A DNA stretch of 64,000 bases from Candidatus Parcubacteria bacterium (GCA_963806325.1 CAWDXL010000002.1:64250-128249), one strand, 5' to 3'. Shown: positions 31,011 through 42,474, counted from the first letter of the stretch. Numbers and translations are program-made. Notes: generated by a model not told the origin, from the letters alone.

Positions 31011-32249
31011 ATGACCAATCAAACTCTTATAAAATGGAATAGCAAGAAATTGTCCGATATCTCTGATCACATAACAGTTGGTTTTGTTGGTTCAATGTCA
31101 TCACTTTTTACAGACAAAAGGGTTTTTCTTCCTTATTGAGAGGTCAAAATATTGAACCCTACCGCTTAAATCTAAGGAATATTAAACATATTTCTTTCGA
31201 AACTCATAACAAATGGAAAAAGTCATCTCTGATAGCTGGAGACGTGGCAATTGTTAGGGTTGGTTATCCTGGAACAGCTTGTGTTGTCCCGAAAGGGTTG
31301 GGGGATATAAATGCTGCCAGTTTGGTGATAGTCAGGCCAAATTCGAAACTATTAAATTCACACTGGTTAGAATTGGTCCTTAATTCTCCATGGGGAAAGT
31401 CTGCCGTTCAAAGTCGTTTAGTAGGTGCTGCACAGCAGGTATTTAACACCAAAACGGCCGCGGAATTAGAAATTCCATATCCTGATCAAAGTTCAAGACC
31501 AAATTGTTGATGTTATATATTCGTACAATAAGCTAATTGAAAATAATAATTACAGAATAAAAATTCTTGAAGACATTTCTCAAAAAATCTACACAGAGTG
31601 GTTTGTGAATTTTCGTTTTCCTGGATACGAGAAGGTAGAATTTAGTAAAGATGGTTTACCTGATGGATGGAGTAAAATGGTGTTGGATGATTGCATTTCT
31701 ATATACAGAGGTAAGTCATACTCAAGTGAAGATTTGATTGAAACTGAAAGTGGTATTCCTTTTGTTAATCTAGAATGTATAAAAAGATTTGGGGGATTCA
31801 GGAAGGATGGAATAAAGTCTTTTTCTGGCAAGTACAAAGAATTTCATAAAGTTAGTAAAGGTGACATTGTTATGGCTGTCACGGATATGACGCCAAAGAA
31901 TGATAGTTGCAAGATCGGCACGAATTCCGTACTATCGGGTGTTGATTTCGGTGTTATATCAATGGATTTAGTAAAAATTGAACCAAAGAATAATTGTGAG
32001 AAGGACTTTCTGTACTCATATTTCCGATGGTCAGATTTTTCAGATAATGTTAAAAATTACGCAAATGGAGCAAACGTGTTACATCTTACTCCTGACCGAG
32101 TAACTGATTATAAATTTGTATGTCCTCCAAAAAATTTACAAAAAGAGTTTTCTGATTTTGTTAAAAATCTATTTGAAGAAATAGATAACATTGAACTTTC
32201 TAACAATAATTTGAGTAAATTTCGTGACTTGCTTATACCGCAATTGTAA
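31011..32249 (+). CDS. hsdS: Type I R-M specificity subunit HsdS; frameshifts near 31130 and 31480
   Basis: Two TRD-like halves are separated by the conserved spacer QDQIVDVIYSYNKLIENNNYRIKILEDISQKIYTEWF. The pieces lie in three frames. Confidence 0.75.
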
Positions 32250-32275
32250 CTGGTAAGTTAGACAATTAAAATAAC

Positions 32276-35200
32276 ATGAACGAATTTTCTGAAGACAATT
32301 TAATTGAACAAACGGCCGTCAAAATATTTAGTGAGCTTTGGGGTGCAAAGAATTTTATCAATGCCTATTCCGAAGAAGGTGATGCTCCACTTGGTCGTGA
32401 TAATCAAGGTCAAGTTGTTTTGGTAAATCAACTTAAACCAGCACTTGAAAAACTTAACCAGATGTCCACAAGAAGCTATCACTCAAGCGATTAAGGAACT
32501 TACTAAAGATCGCTCGTCGATGAGTTTGGTTAATGCAAACGCGGAGAGATATAAACTCATTAAAGATGGAGTAAAAGTTGAGGTCAAGGATGAACGAGGA
32601 GCGATAGAAACAATAAATATAAAAGTTGTTGATTTCACTGATACCTACTAAAAATGATTTTCTTTTGGTATCACAAATGTGGATTACTGGAGACTTGCAC
32701 AAACGCCGTCCTGACCTGATCGGGTTCGTGAATGGTCTACCTCTTGTATTAATAGAACTGAAAGCCTCGCATAAAAATCTACGCAATGCTTATCAGGAAA
32801 ATATTCGGGATTACAAAGACACTATTCCCTCAACTTTTCTGGCATAACGCTTTTATTATCATTTCAAATGGCATTGAGAGTAAGGTTGGCACACTCACTT
32901 CTGCATACGAACATTTCAATGAATGGAAGAAAATTAAAGATGAGAGTGAGGAAGGTGGTGTTAGTTTAGAGACTGTCCTCAAGGGGACATGCGAACAGTC
33001 CCGCCTTTTAGATATAGTTGAAAACTTCACTTTGTTTGACGGCTCTCGTGGAGAACTCACCAAGATTGTTTCTCGGTATTTCCAATTCCTAGGAGTAAAT
33101 CGAGCTTTTGATCGCATTGAACACCGTGACGAGAATGGCGGCCGACTCGGTGTCTTCTGGCATACACAAGGTTCAGGTAAGTCATACTCAATGCTTTTCT
33201 TGTCTCAAAAAGTCTTTAGAAAACTACACGGCAACTTTACGTTTATTTTAGTGACTGATCGTAAAGAGCTCGACAAACAAATTTACAAAAACTTTGTTGA
33301 CTGTGGAGCAGAAACGAAAAAAGAGGTTCATGCTGAATCAGTACAAGAGCTACGTGATTTACTAGCTGAGGATCATCGCCATGTCTTCACACTCATTCAG
33401 AAATTTAATGAGCCGATTGAGCTTAACAAGCGTAGCGACATTATTGTTATGGCAGACGAAGCTCATCGCACACAGTATGATACATTCGCAAAAAATCTCC
33501 GTATAGCACTTCCGAACGCCGCTTTCATTGGCTTTACAGGTACACCGCTCATGGCAGAGGGCGAGGAGAAAACCCGATCTACATTTGGAGACTATGTTTC
33601 GACGTACAACTTTGCTCAATCAGTAGAGGACGGTGCAACTGTACCTCTCTACTACGAAAATCGCGTACCCAAACTAGAGAATGCAAACCCAGAGATTCAA
33701 AAGGATCTTGAGAAAGTTATGGACTACTACGACCTTGCTACCGAGGAGGAAGACAAACTTGAACAAGAATTTTCAACGTTCTATCACCTTATTTCCCGTG
33801 AAGATCGTTTGAATAAAGTCGCAGAAGATATCGTAACTCACTTTACGGCTCGAGGTTATGACGGCAAGGCGATGGTGGTGTCAATTGATAAAAAGACAGC
33901 CATTCGCATGTACGTAAAAGTGAAAGAGCAAATGCAACGCTACATAGCGAAACTAAATATTGCGGTATCAAAAGCAAAGGACGATCACGAGAAGGAGGCT
34001 ATACGAGAACAGATACACAAGTACGAAGACATTGATATGGCAGTCGTCGTGAGTCAAAGTCAAAATGAAATTGCTGACATGGAGGAATTTGAGATTGATA
34101 TGCGACCAATTCGTGCACGCATCTTGGACGAAGATCTCGAAACGAAATTCAAGGATCCGACTGATAATCTTAAAATTGTCTTTGTTTGCGCAATGTGGAT
34201 GACGGGTTTTGATGTACCAAATCTCTCAACTCTCTATCTCGATAAACCTCTTAAAAATCATACACTGATGCAGACAATTGCTCGTGCCAATCGTGTCTAT
34301 CCAGGTAAGACAAACGGACTTATCGTGGACTATGTCGGAGTATTCCGTAATCTGCAGAAAGCACTTGCTATCTATGCAATAACAAAAGATGGCTCTGGCG
34401 ATATTATTCAAGACAAAGATGAGCTTGTAGAAATTCTATTTTCTAAGGTTGCAGAAACACGAAAATTCCTGAAGTCGCTTGAGCTAAATATCAACGAATT
34501 ATTGGAAGCAAAGGATATTGAGAAAATACGACTTGTTGATGTATTTACAAATCGTATTCTTGCTGATGAGCAGACAAAACAGAGATACCTAGAACTTGCG
34601 GGTAATGCGTATACATACTACAAAGCAGTTTTGCCAGAACCAAAAGCTGAAGACTATTATCATGAGGTCACTGCGTATAAAGTAATAGCATCTCGTATTC
34701 GTGAAGTTGTCGACGAAGACACCGACGTATCGCAAGTGAAGAAAGACCTCGAAGATCTTCTCGATCGCTCTATTCGAGCTGGTGAGTATGTCATTAAAGA
34801 TACGCCAAAAATCAAAGACCTTAGCAAGATTGATTTTCAAGCATTGAGAAAGTTTTTTGATGATTCAGATACAAAAAATATTGAGGCGGAACAACTCAGT
34901 GCTGAACTAGAGGAAAAGATAAAAGAAATGGTGAAGAAGAACAAACTCCGTAAGCGATTTCTCGATAGGTTGAATATACTTTTGAGTGAGTACAATTCTG
35001 GCTCGCATGATCTTGATGCTTTTTTCAATCAATTAGTTGAACTAGCTAAAGAGTTGAGCGAAGAAGATCGTCGTGCTATTTCGGAGAATCTGACAGAGGA
35101 AGAATTGGCCGTTTTCGATCTTCTAAGAAAAGACGATCTAAATCCAGATGAAACCGACCAAGTAAAGAAGGTTGCCAAAGAACTCGTCACAAAACTCAAA

Positions 35201-35395
35201 CTAGAAAAACTGGCTCTAGATTGGAAGAAGAAGGAAGAGACTAGAGCGGATGTAAAAGTTACTATTCGTGATATTTTGTATGATAATCTTCCAGAGCCCA
35301 CATATTCACAATTTGACTGCGAGGATCGAACTCAGAAGGTTTATTTGCATGTCTACGATAGTTACATTGATGGAAAAATTAATGTTTATATATAG
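32276..35395 (+). CDS. hsdR: Type I R-M restriction subunit HsdR; three frameshifts (about 32460, 32640, 32830)
   Basis: The N-terminal nuclease region (PDLIGFVNGLPLVLIELK), Walker A HTQGSGKS and the DEAH box (MADEAHRTQ). Four consecutive ORFs step through the frames. Confidence 0.9.
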
Positions 35396-35398
35396 TTT

Positions 35399-36181
35399 AT
35401 GGAAACACAGGAAGATAAAAAGATAATACTTTCACAAGTGATCGAAGGGCTTGAGTCTCTCACTTCTATGCATCAAAAAATTGCTGAGAAGTATGAATCT
35501 ATGATGATAGGACTTCAAAAAGAAAGAAGAGATATGTTTAGATATTTAGGCACTATTGCGGGTGGTGCTGCAGCATTGGCTCCGCAACTTATTAATTATG
35601 TTGATCTGAAGAGTCACTATTTCTATTGGGGCTTATCCTTTCTTTTAATTTGTATAATTATCGCAATTAGTAACGTAATCTCAACCTTGGAAAAAAGTGC
35701 CGAAGAATTAACTACAGAATTTAATAAGGTATTTGCAGATATAGAAGAAATGAGAAAATTAAAAATAGAATTTATTGAGACTGGAGATATTAGTCCTGAT
35801 GCCTGGAAGAAACATACTGAGAAAGATTTACAAACAATAAAAAAACTTAAGAAAGATGTAGACTTAAGAAGGATCAAGAAAGTGAGTCAGGGGTTTTATA
35901 GACCAATGGATTATACAAGTGAATATCTTATATTTTCTTTTATTTTAGGCATAGGACTAATAATTTTATCCGTAACACATACTGCTCTAGGTAGTAAATT
36001 ACTTTGGCTATCTATTTTGGGTATTTTCATAATAATTAATATTATTAGTATTTTTCCAACAAAAATATTCACAGTACTTGGTTTTCCAATGGATATAGCA
36101 AAAGGAACATTCAGAAAGATATTTCAACAACAAGCACGAAATAAATCACTCGGCGTAGAAAATGTTGATCATAATATTTAA
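35399..36181 (+). CDS. Hypothetical 4-TM membrane protein, tightly coupled to hsdR
   Basis: 260 aa, starting 3 nt after the hsdR stop. Two TM pairs flank a roughly 90-aa charged helical segment. Confidence 0.6.
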   Translation: METQEDKKIILSQVIEGLESLTSMHQKIAEKYESMMIGLQKERRDMFRYLGTIAGGAAALAPQLINYVDLKSHYFYWGLSFLLICIIIAISNVISTLEKSAEELTTEFNKVFADIEEMRKLKIEFIETGDISPDAWKKHTEKDLQTIKKLKKDVDLRRIKKVSQGFYRPMDYTSEYLIFSFILGIGLIILSVTHTALGSKLLWLSILGIFIIINIISIFPTKIFTVLGFPMDIAKGTFRKIFQQQARNKSLGVENVDHNI

Positions 36182-36209
36182 TTATAAAAATAATTAAAAT
36201 TATCCACAT

Positions 36210-36341
36210 ATGGACGACGAAGTATTTGATAAAGCAAAAGAGGAAGATATGAGCAAAGACGAAGCCCAAGAGCTTCGGGATATTGTCGATGAGACAGGGC
36301 TTGATGCTGATGAAGCCTACGAAATTTGGCAGCAAAAGTAA
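36210..36341 (+). CDS. Very acidic 43-aa ORF (tentative)
   Basis: MDDEVFDKAKEEDMSKDEAQELRDIVDETGLDADEAYEIWQQK. It is below the track cutoff. Confidence 0.25.
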   Translation: MDDEVFDKAKEEDMSKDEAQELRDIVDETGLDADEAYEIWQQK

Positions 36342-36452
36342 TTGGTGAGCTGTTGGTAACTCGACTACACAAATTTTCCAATCTAAGCTAAGGTGCATGG
36401 ACTAATACAATAGGCCATTGTATTATGTGAACACAGCTGAATAAGTAGTTAA

Positions 36453-36609
36453 GTAGCCTAAATCTCACAAATCCTTGTGGGGCATGGTGAAAGTATCCGC
36501 AAAAGCATAAAAAACTCCTCGTCAGAGTTGCTTTTGCGGTCATACTGGGAAACTGGTATGGGTGGTCTTCGGATCATCAGTCTGGCGGGGAGCTTTTTGT
36601 TTCCGCTAC
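36453..36609 (+). ncRNA. Unclassified structured RNA motif, copy 1 (5' leader of the 36631 gene)
   Basis: P1 is GUAGC/GCUAC (36453-57 / 36605-09). A receptor-like CCUAAA...CAUGG pair brackets hairpin 36465-80. There is an 11-bp helix 36497-507/36529-39 with an A-rich bulge, a GAAA hairpin at 36543-58 and a UUCG hairpin at 36563-76. The helices covary with copy 2. Confidence 0.6.
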
Positions 36610-36630
36610 ATTATCAAAACCGCAAAAGTT

Positions 36631-38403
36631 ATGAAAAACAAACTAATAGCATCACTGGCAGTTCTTGTGTTTTTTGCCACATGTTCAGTAGCTCATGCAG
36701 CAGGTGTTTTCAATAGCGATCTCAGCTATGGGATGACAGATAATCTCGGTGTTCAAGCACTACAAACGTTTCTCACTAAGCAAGGCTTATATTCTGGTCC
36801 GATATCAGGAAACTTCTTTACTTTGACCCAAGCTGGAGTTAAAAAATATCAGACATCAGTCGGCTTGCCCTCCACTGGTTTCGTCGGTCCTTTAACCAGA
36901 GTTCATATCAATACTGATCTTGCGGCCCAACCTACTTCTTCAACTCAAAACGAGATTGCTGAGACAGGTATGTCCACTCCATCTGCCGTTTGCACAGGTG
37001 GAGCATTGTTCAATAAACTTACAGGCCAATCATGTAATCAATACGTACCTGTTAGTACCGGTCCATGCACTAGTAATGCTGTGTACAACTCCCAGACAGG
37101 AGCGTTGTGTAGTACTAATCCAGCTCCTATTACTCAACCGACACCTGTGCAGAGTAATCCTACATCTCCATCACCCAATTCTAATTATTCCTCCTACACT
37201 CCTGTCACGTTCTCTCAATATCAAAACGATTCCACCGCATATATCGGTGACGATGTCATAGTGACTGGTATGAACGATTCATTCATACCAAGCACGGGGA
37301 ATGTCGGCAGTACCAATTATGTCGAGGTTGAAAATCCTTTTGATCTTACTCAGCCGAAAATCGAATTAAAAGTAGATGATCCTACCGCCTATGCCGCAAT
37401 CGTTAATGCCCTCCAAGACAAAAGCCAGCCAACTCATCTTTTCTTGCGAGCATATGGCGTCGCGGTACCAAGTCAGCAATTTACTTCGAACAATGCCTTT
37501 CGCTCAGCCACAATTCAAGTGCCGGTCTTAGACGCATCAAGGGTTGACCAATGTTTACAGGGTTCCATGAGTGGTACTGTACTTATTGGTACGAGTTTCG
37601 AGAGTAATTTCTCCTGCTCTTCGTGGTCAACGATTGTGCCGTTGTCACTGACCGGTACCGTCTGGACTACTCCGACCCCACCGTTGATTCCTGTTACTCC
37701 AGTCACTCCAGTACCACCAACAACACCATCTCCAACACTCAATTCGGACGCGACACTCAAGAGCCTTACGGTTAACGGAACATCCGTAACAGGATTCAGT
37801 CCGACTACCTACGCATACACTGTCACATTACCGGCAGGATCGGCATCAGCTCCAACCGTATCAGTTGTTACAAATGACACAAATGCAACAGAAGTAATTA
37901 CCCAAGCATCAGACTCGCTTGGCAGTGCGACAGTGGTGGTAACAGCCCAGAACGGTACAACTCGGAACACGTATACTCTTAATTTTAAACCTTCTGACGC
38001 CGGACAATGTAATGTCGGTGGGAACATCTTCACATGTGCATCAAACTCAGGCATAACCCTCAGCCCGACCTCTCTGCCAGCTGCCACGGTCGGCAGTCCA
38101 TATACCCAGCCAGTTATTGTATCCGATCCGGATACATCGTCTGAGAATTTCAGGTGGAATATCATCTCCGGTTCACTTCCTCCGGGTTTGGGTTTGGCGT
38201 TCTCTTCTTCTCAGGCGATTGAATGTTCTGGCAGTTATTGTTTCTTTACAACCCCGAATATATCGGTTCCATCCAATAGCCCCGGAATGTTCTTCGGAAC
38301 ACCGACAACCGCCGGAACCTACAGCTTCACGCTTCAGGCAATTGATAGTCTGAATTACACAGCTCTCCCGACGTTTACCATCACGGTTGTTAGTTCGACA
38401 TAG
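36631..38403 (+). CDS. Secreted protein: signal peptide, PG-binding-like domain, cadherin-like beta-sandwich, Ig-like repeat
   Basis: MKNKLIASLAVLVFFATCSVAHA signal peptide, LQTFLTKQGLYSGPISGNF...GFVGPLT, SDATLKSLTVNG...YTVTLP and GSLPPGLGL. The track start at 36562 would run into the RNA motif. Confidence 0.7.
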   Translation: MKNKLIASLAVLVFFATCSVAHAAGVFNSDLSYGMTDNLGVQALQTFLTKQGLYSGPISGNFFTLTQAGVKKYQTSVGLPSTGFVGPLTRVHINTDLAAQPTSSTQNEIAETGMSTPSAVCTGGALFNKLTGQSCNQYVPVSTGPCTSNAVYNSQTGALCSTNPAPITQPTPVQSNPTSPSPNSNYSSYTPVTFSQYQNDSTAYIGDDVIVTGMNDSFIPSTGNVGSTNYVEVENPFDLTQPKIELKVDDPTAYAAIVNALQDKSQPTHLFLRAYGVAVPSQQFTSNNAFRSATIQVPVLDASRVDQCLQGSMSGTVLIGTSFESNFSCSSWSTIVPLSLTGTVWTTPTPPLIPVTPVTPVPPTTPSPTLNSDATLKSLTVNGTSVTGFSPTTYAYTVTLPAGSASAPTVSVVTNDTNATEVITQASDSLGSATVVVTAQNGTTRNTYTLNFKPSDAGQCNVGGNIFTCASNSGITLSPTSLPAATVGSPYTQPVIVSDPDTSSENFRWNIISGSLPPGLGLAFSSSQAIECSGSYCFFTTPNISVPSNSPGMFFGTPTTAGTYSFTLQAIDSLNYTALPTFTITVVSST

Positions 38404-38432
38404 AGACCTAGATTAGTACCTCAAATAAAAAT

Positions 38433-39457
38433 ATGGAAACAACTACAAAGAAGTGTCCGTACTGCCAAAAAGAAATTGATGCCAATGCCAGAAAGTGTCC
38501 ATTTTGCCAATCAGACCTCAGAGGCTGGACGAGCCGTCATCCTCTTGTAACAATCATTCTGGCCCTTATCGGAATATTCATTGTCACGTCTATTGTTGGT
38601 GCAATTATTAATGGTTCAAATAGCACTAGTGGCATTTCAGCGCCTACTGCAGCAACTGATACCCAGGCTCAATCAGTTTGTCCGGCTGACCTTGTTACAT
38701 TCAAGACCCAGACTCAAACAGTAGATTACAAAAAGTTAGAAAAAGACCCTAATAGTTTCACAGGACAAAAAGCACAATTCACTGGCCAGATTCTTCAAAT
38801 ACAAGAATCTGGCGGCAACACCGTGATACGTCTTGCTGTCACTAAGACCGACTATGGCTGGGATCCTAATAATGTCGTGTGGGTAGACTATCAAGGCACT
38901 ACTGATGCAGTTCAAGATGATGTTGTTACAGTATATGGTGTACTCGCTGGTTCATACACCTACACATCTGAAGCAAATTACAGCATCGCGCTTCCAAGTA
39001 TTACCGCATGCGTGATTGATGAGGGTGCACCAAAGAAAGCTGTTACCACAACAACTAAGGCCGCATCAACGCCTTTGGTCACTTCTCGGCCTCAAGCACC
39101 TGTTGCGCCACAACCAGTAGCTCAACCAGTCGTACAAGCAACTCCTAAAACGTGGCACACCGCGTATACCTACACCGGAAATACATCTATTCAGACACCG
39201 CCATTCTCATTGTCTGGCGATGAGACAAGAAAATTACCTACACCTGTTCGATAACTGATCCAACTAATACATATGGAGGAACTTTTAACGGTATATTATC
39301 AGCTGCGCAAGGGTATGGAGGAGGTCCATTTGCAGAAGTAGTAACCTGCCCAACGAGTAATACTTCATATGAGTATTCGCAAACGCCGGGACAGTATTAT
39401 CTCAGCCTTGATTCTGTAAATGCTGCGTACACTGTTACGGTAGAGGATTACTACTAG
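38433..39457 (+). CDS. Zinc-ribbon/TM-anchored extracellular protein; frameshift near 39225
   Basis: KKCPYCQKEIDANARKCPFCQS, then a TM, then beta-rich domains. The C-terminus ITYTCSITDPTNTYGG...QYYLSLDSVNAAYTVTVEDYY* is in another frame. Confidence 0.6.
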
Positions 39458-39490
39458 ACCTGAATCAACAAATCATTCATCAGCGCCTGT

Positions 39491-41293
39491 CTAGTATCCG
39501 CCCATCTTTTTTCTGAAATCATCCAATGCCTCCCGTTGCCAGTATTCTCTGTCTGCCTTCTGCGCTTTTAGAAGCTCTGCTTTTATGCGTGCTATTCGCG
39601 GATCGCCAACTGCCATCTCCTGTCTAATGATTATTTCCTGATCAGCCTCTCGCTCCTCTTCCTCTTGAGATCTTTTTGGCTTAGGCTCATCTGGTCTTGG
39701 AAAAGAAAATTTATTACGCGTATAGTCGCGCATTTCAGAGTACGCAAACCACAGCGCCATCAATGAGTCGCCGGTGTGGCCGTCCGGGTACGCCCGCATT
39801 TCATTTATCAGTAAAGTAATGAGCTTTCGTGTCCGGGTATCTCTGTTGCTGTAGGGCAATACAACTTTTCCCTGCGCTAGAATAATAGAGAGGCTGTTGA
39901 CTCCAATATCCGGATCATTCTTTTCTTTGCCGGTATGATAACTTGTGATAGGGATGCCGGCATCTTCTAGATCGCGGCTCATGGATTCCTGGTAGGCAAC
40001 GCTTTCAACCCGAATGCCTCCCGGCTTTACTATTGCGTCATGTCGCGCAACCATATCACGAACGTCTTTGGGCCGCATTTTGCCCCGCTCAATATTCCGG
40101 ATAACATAATCTCCGGCTTTAATATCACCGCTGCCGTATTTCACCCGATCAATACTTAAGAGTACCGTATCATCACTTTGAGCATCGAGCGATATTGCCA
40201 AATCAAGCCCGGAGGTGGTATTTTCCGTTTCGTATTCGGTGCGTTCCGCATCCTGCAAGACCAAATCTTTTCCTTTTCGGAGCGCTTCCTCGATCTCACT
40301 CTCTTTAAATTTCTGATTGGGTCGGATTGTCGGATCACACTGATACATGCGAGCGAATGAATAGGGATTTGCAATCCGCAGCAGCACCAGATCTTTGTAC
40401 GGAAAGCGTTCCGGCCACAGCACCTCTACGCCGGATTCCATCTCCGCTTTATTTTTTGCATAGTACGCGGCAGCTTCTTTCTTCTTGTCTTCAGGAGAGA
40501 GTGTCTCGTCTAAATGGATGTTTGACCACTCATCCCAAAGATCTTGCCGTGTCGCTTCGTGCATTATGGCCGGCATCTTTTTGCGGACGTCAAACTGCGG
40601 GTCTTTGAGGAGGTTGCTCATGAGGTCATCCATATGCCACGTATTACCGAGGTAAATGAATTTGCCTCCCGGCACGAGCACTGGCATGAGAGTCGTGTAG
40701 ACCCAGTCTTTAATCTTTTGCCGCTGATCCTCAGTCATCGAATTTTCCTGATTTACAAGGTCATCAACGATAATAATGTCGGCTCGCTTGGAAAGAATAG
40801 AGCCGAAGAGGCCGACAGCATTAATCGTCGGATCCTTGAGCTGCAAATTGTCGCGGTCGATGACAATCGAATCATTCGTCCATTTTTGTTGCTGTTTGCG
40901 ATTTTTTCGCAGCCGCGGAACAACTCCTTTGCCGGAACTATCGATAGCCTTCGCCCACAGCTGGTATTTATTGTTTCCTTCAATATGTCCCGTGATTTCT
41001 GACATGAAGCTTTGTGCTATCTGTGCCGTGCTTGAAACGAGTAAAATTCTAACGTCATGGTTTTTGGCAATTTCCCAGAGCGGATATGCTACCGACAAGT
41101 GCGTTGATTTGCCGTGGCCGCGCGGCAGGGCGATTGAGAGCTTGTTGTACGTCTTGTTCGAAAGGTAATCATCAAGATCATTATGGAACTGGACATTATT
41201 AAGCCCAACTACCTCTGATACGAATATTCTAAAGTTGTCAGATATGAGCTGGATGGCAGCAGCAACATTCTTAAATTTTTCTTTGTTCTCCAT
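39491..41293 (-). CDS. terL: Phage terminase large subunit
   Basis: 600 aa with Walker A-like LPRGHGKST and Walker B IIIVDDLV, plus a C-terminal nuclease-like region. It overlaps the upstream TerS-like gene. Confidence 0.8.
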   Translation of the reverse strand: MENKEKFKNVAAAIQLISDNFRIFVSEVVGLNNVQFHNDLDDYLSNKTYNKLSIALPRGHGKSTHLSVAYPLWEIAKNHDVRILLVSSTAQIAQSFMSEITGHIEGNNKYQLWAKAIDSSGKGVVPRLRKNRKQQQKWTNDSIVIDRDNLQLKDPTINAVGLFGSILSKRADIIIVDDLVNQENSMTEDQRQKIKDWVYTTLMPVLVPGGKFIYLGNTWHMDDLMSNLLKDPQFDVRKKMPAIMHEATRQDLWDEWSNIHLDETLSPEDKKKEAAAYYAKNKAEMESGVEVLWPERFPYKDLVLLRIANPYSFARMYQCDPTIRPNQKFKESEIEEALRKGKDLVLQDAERTEYETENTTSGLDLAISLDAQSDDTVLLSIDRVKYGSGDIKAGDYVIRNIERGKMRPKDVRDMVARHDAIVKPGGIRVESVAYQESMSRDLEDAGIPITSYHTGKEKNDPDIGVNSLSIILAQGKVVLPYSNRDTRTRKLITLLINEMRAYPDGHTGDSLMALWFAYSEMRDYTRNKFSFPRPDEPKPKRSQEEEEREADQEIIIRQEMAVGDPRIARIKAELLKAQKADREYWQREALDDFRKKMGGY

Positions 41294-41720
41294 TGTTTTT
41301 ATTGATTATGTCTAAATATGGCTCGACTAATTTTTGCGTCTCGGGCTTGAGCTGACCGAATGCCTCGAAATACAAATTTTCCTGATCATCCTGAGCGATA
41401 GCTAATCCCGATTGGAACATTTTCTGCTTATAGTCAGGATGTTTGTACTTAAGCCAAAATATAATGGCCGTCAGGTTGCCAGCCTTAATAGCAGAGATGA
41501 GCTGAGATTCAGCAGCATCGCAGACGAAGGCGGTGCCATCAGCAAGCGCAGCATCAGCGGCTTTCGAGAATTCTGGATCTTCATTGCGCCAGCGGTAGTA
41601 GGTAGCGCGGGCGACAGCTACTTTCTGACAGGCGACTTCTACAATTGGTGTTTGCTTAAATTGTGTGATGAGCAGGTCTTTATTTGTCTGGGTTTTGTTC
41701 ATATAGTTTAATTGCTTCAA
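41271..41720 (-). CDS. Terminase small subunit-like HTH protein
   Basis: VARATYYRWRNEDPEFSKA...AIIFWLKYKHPDY, positioned immediately upstream of terL. Confidence 0.55.
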   Translation of the reverse strand: MKQLNYMNKTQTNKDLLITQFKQTPIVEVACQKVAVARATYYRWRNEDPEFSKAADAALADGTAFVCDAAESQLISAIKAGNLTAIIFWLKYKHPDYKQKMFQSGLAIAQDDQENLYFEAFGQLKPETQKLVEPYLDIINKNNGEQRKI

Positions 41721-42474
41721 TTCCTGTTAAATCTTCAAACTGTTCGAGTATTGACCGCACGTAGTCAGCATCAAGTTCGATACCGATGCAGATTCTCTTT
41801 GTCTGTTCGCACGCGAAAAGTGTTGTGCCGGAGCCGAGAAAGCCGTCAAACACCACGTCTCCGATGCGCGTACTGTTTAATACCAGCCGACGGATGAGCC
41901 CAATCGGTTTTGTTGTAGGATGGCGCGGGCTTTTCTGGGGCTTCGGATGGACGATAACGCTTTTGTCGTTTGATTTCAGAAATTCATGGACGCCGTACCA
42001 GCCATAGGCGATGAGTTCATGCTGGGGCGCATAGTCCATACGGCCAATAACGGCACTCGTTTTGACCCATATGAGCAGCTGTCCGAATTTCATTCCAGCC
42101 TGGAGCATGCCGTCATGCAGCGCGAAAATCATCCGATCGCTGTTGAAGATATAGAAGGCATTCTTGCGCTCAAGGTGCGGTTTCAGCGCCTCGATCCAGC
42201 CGCAGGTAAAGGCGGTGTATTCCACATCGCTCTGAAGATGGTCATTGGCAATAGCTTTATTTTTCTTTAGTGTCTGAAAACCTTCCTTGCTTTCGGCCAC
42301 CGCTATGCCGTAGGGCACATCAGCAATGACCGCTTTAATTTTATTTGCCCCGACAAGCTTTTTGACGAGATCTGTATCTCGGCAATCACCAAGCGCAAGG
42401 AAGTGATTCCCGAGTTTAAAGATATCTCCGTAGCTAATTGATCTTTCTTGCTTTTTTATTGGTGAGTTTTTCAT
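41680..42474 (-). CDS. DNA N4/N6 methyltransferase (beta class)
   Basis: Motif IV-like IADVPYG comes before motif I VFDGFLGSGTT. Confidence 0.8.
   Translation of the reverse strand: MKNSPIKKQERSISYGDIFKLGNHFLALGDCRDTDLVKKLVGANKIKAVIADVPYGIAVAESKEGFQTLKKNKAIANDHLQSDVEYTAFTCGWIEALKPHLERKNAFYIFNSDRMIFALHDGMLQAGMKFGQLLIWVKTSAVIGRMDYAPQHELIAYGWYGVHEFLKSNDKSVIVHPKPQKSPRHPTTKPIGLIRRLVLNSTRIGDVVFDGFLGSGTTLFACEQTKRICIGIELDADYVRSILEQFEDLTGIEAIKLYEQNPDK

Noticed and set aside
28013-32249. A recombinase-driven phase-variable hsdS (shufflon-type) system.
   Set aside because: There is only one hsdS gene. I saw no inverted TRD-flanking repeats or silent hsdS cassettes.
36453-36609. Identification of the RNA motif as a c-di-GMP-I (GEMM-I) or yybP-ykoY riboswitch.
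   Set aside because: GEMM-I also has a GAAA tetraloop and a CCUAAA-type receptor, but with the opposite hairpin order and a conserved ACGCAAAGCC core that is absent from copy 2. The yybP-like GAGUAGC resemblance is short and the rest does not fit. A covariance-model search is still needed.
36562-36630. Upstream alternative start for the secreted protein, which would add MVFGSSVWRGAFCFRYIIKTAKV.
   Set aside because: The extension overlaps the structured RNA. ATG 36631 begins a textbook signal peptide.
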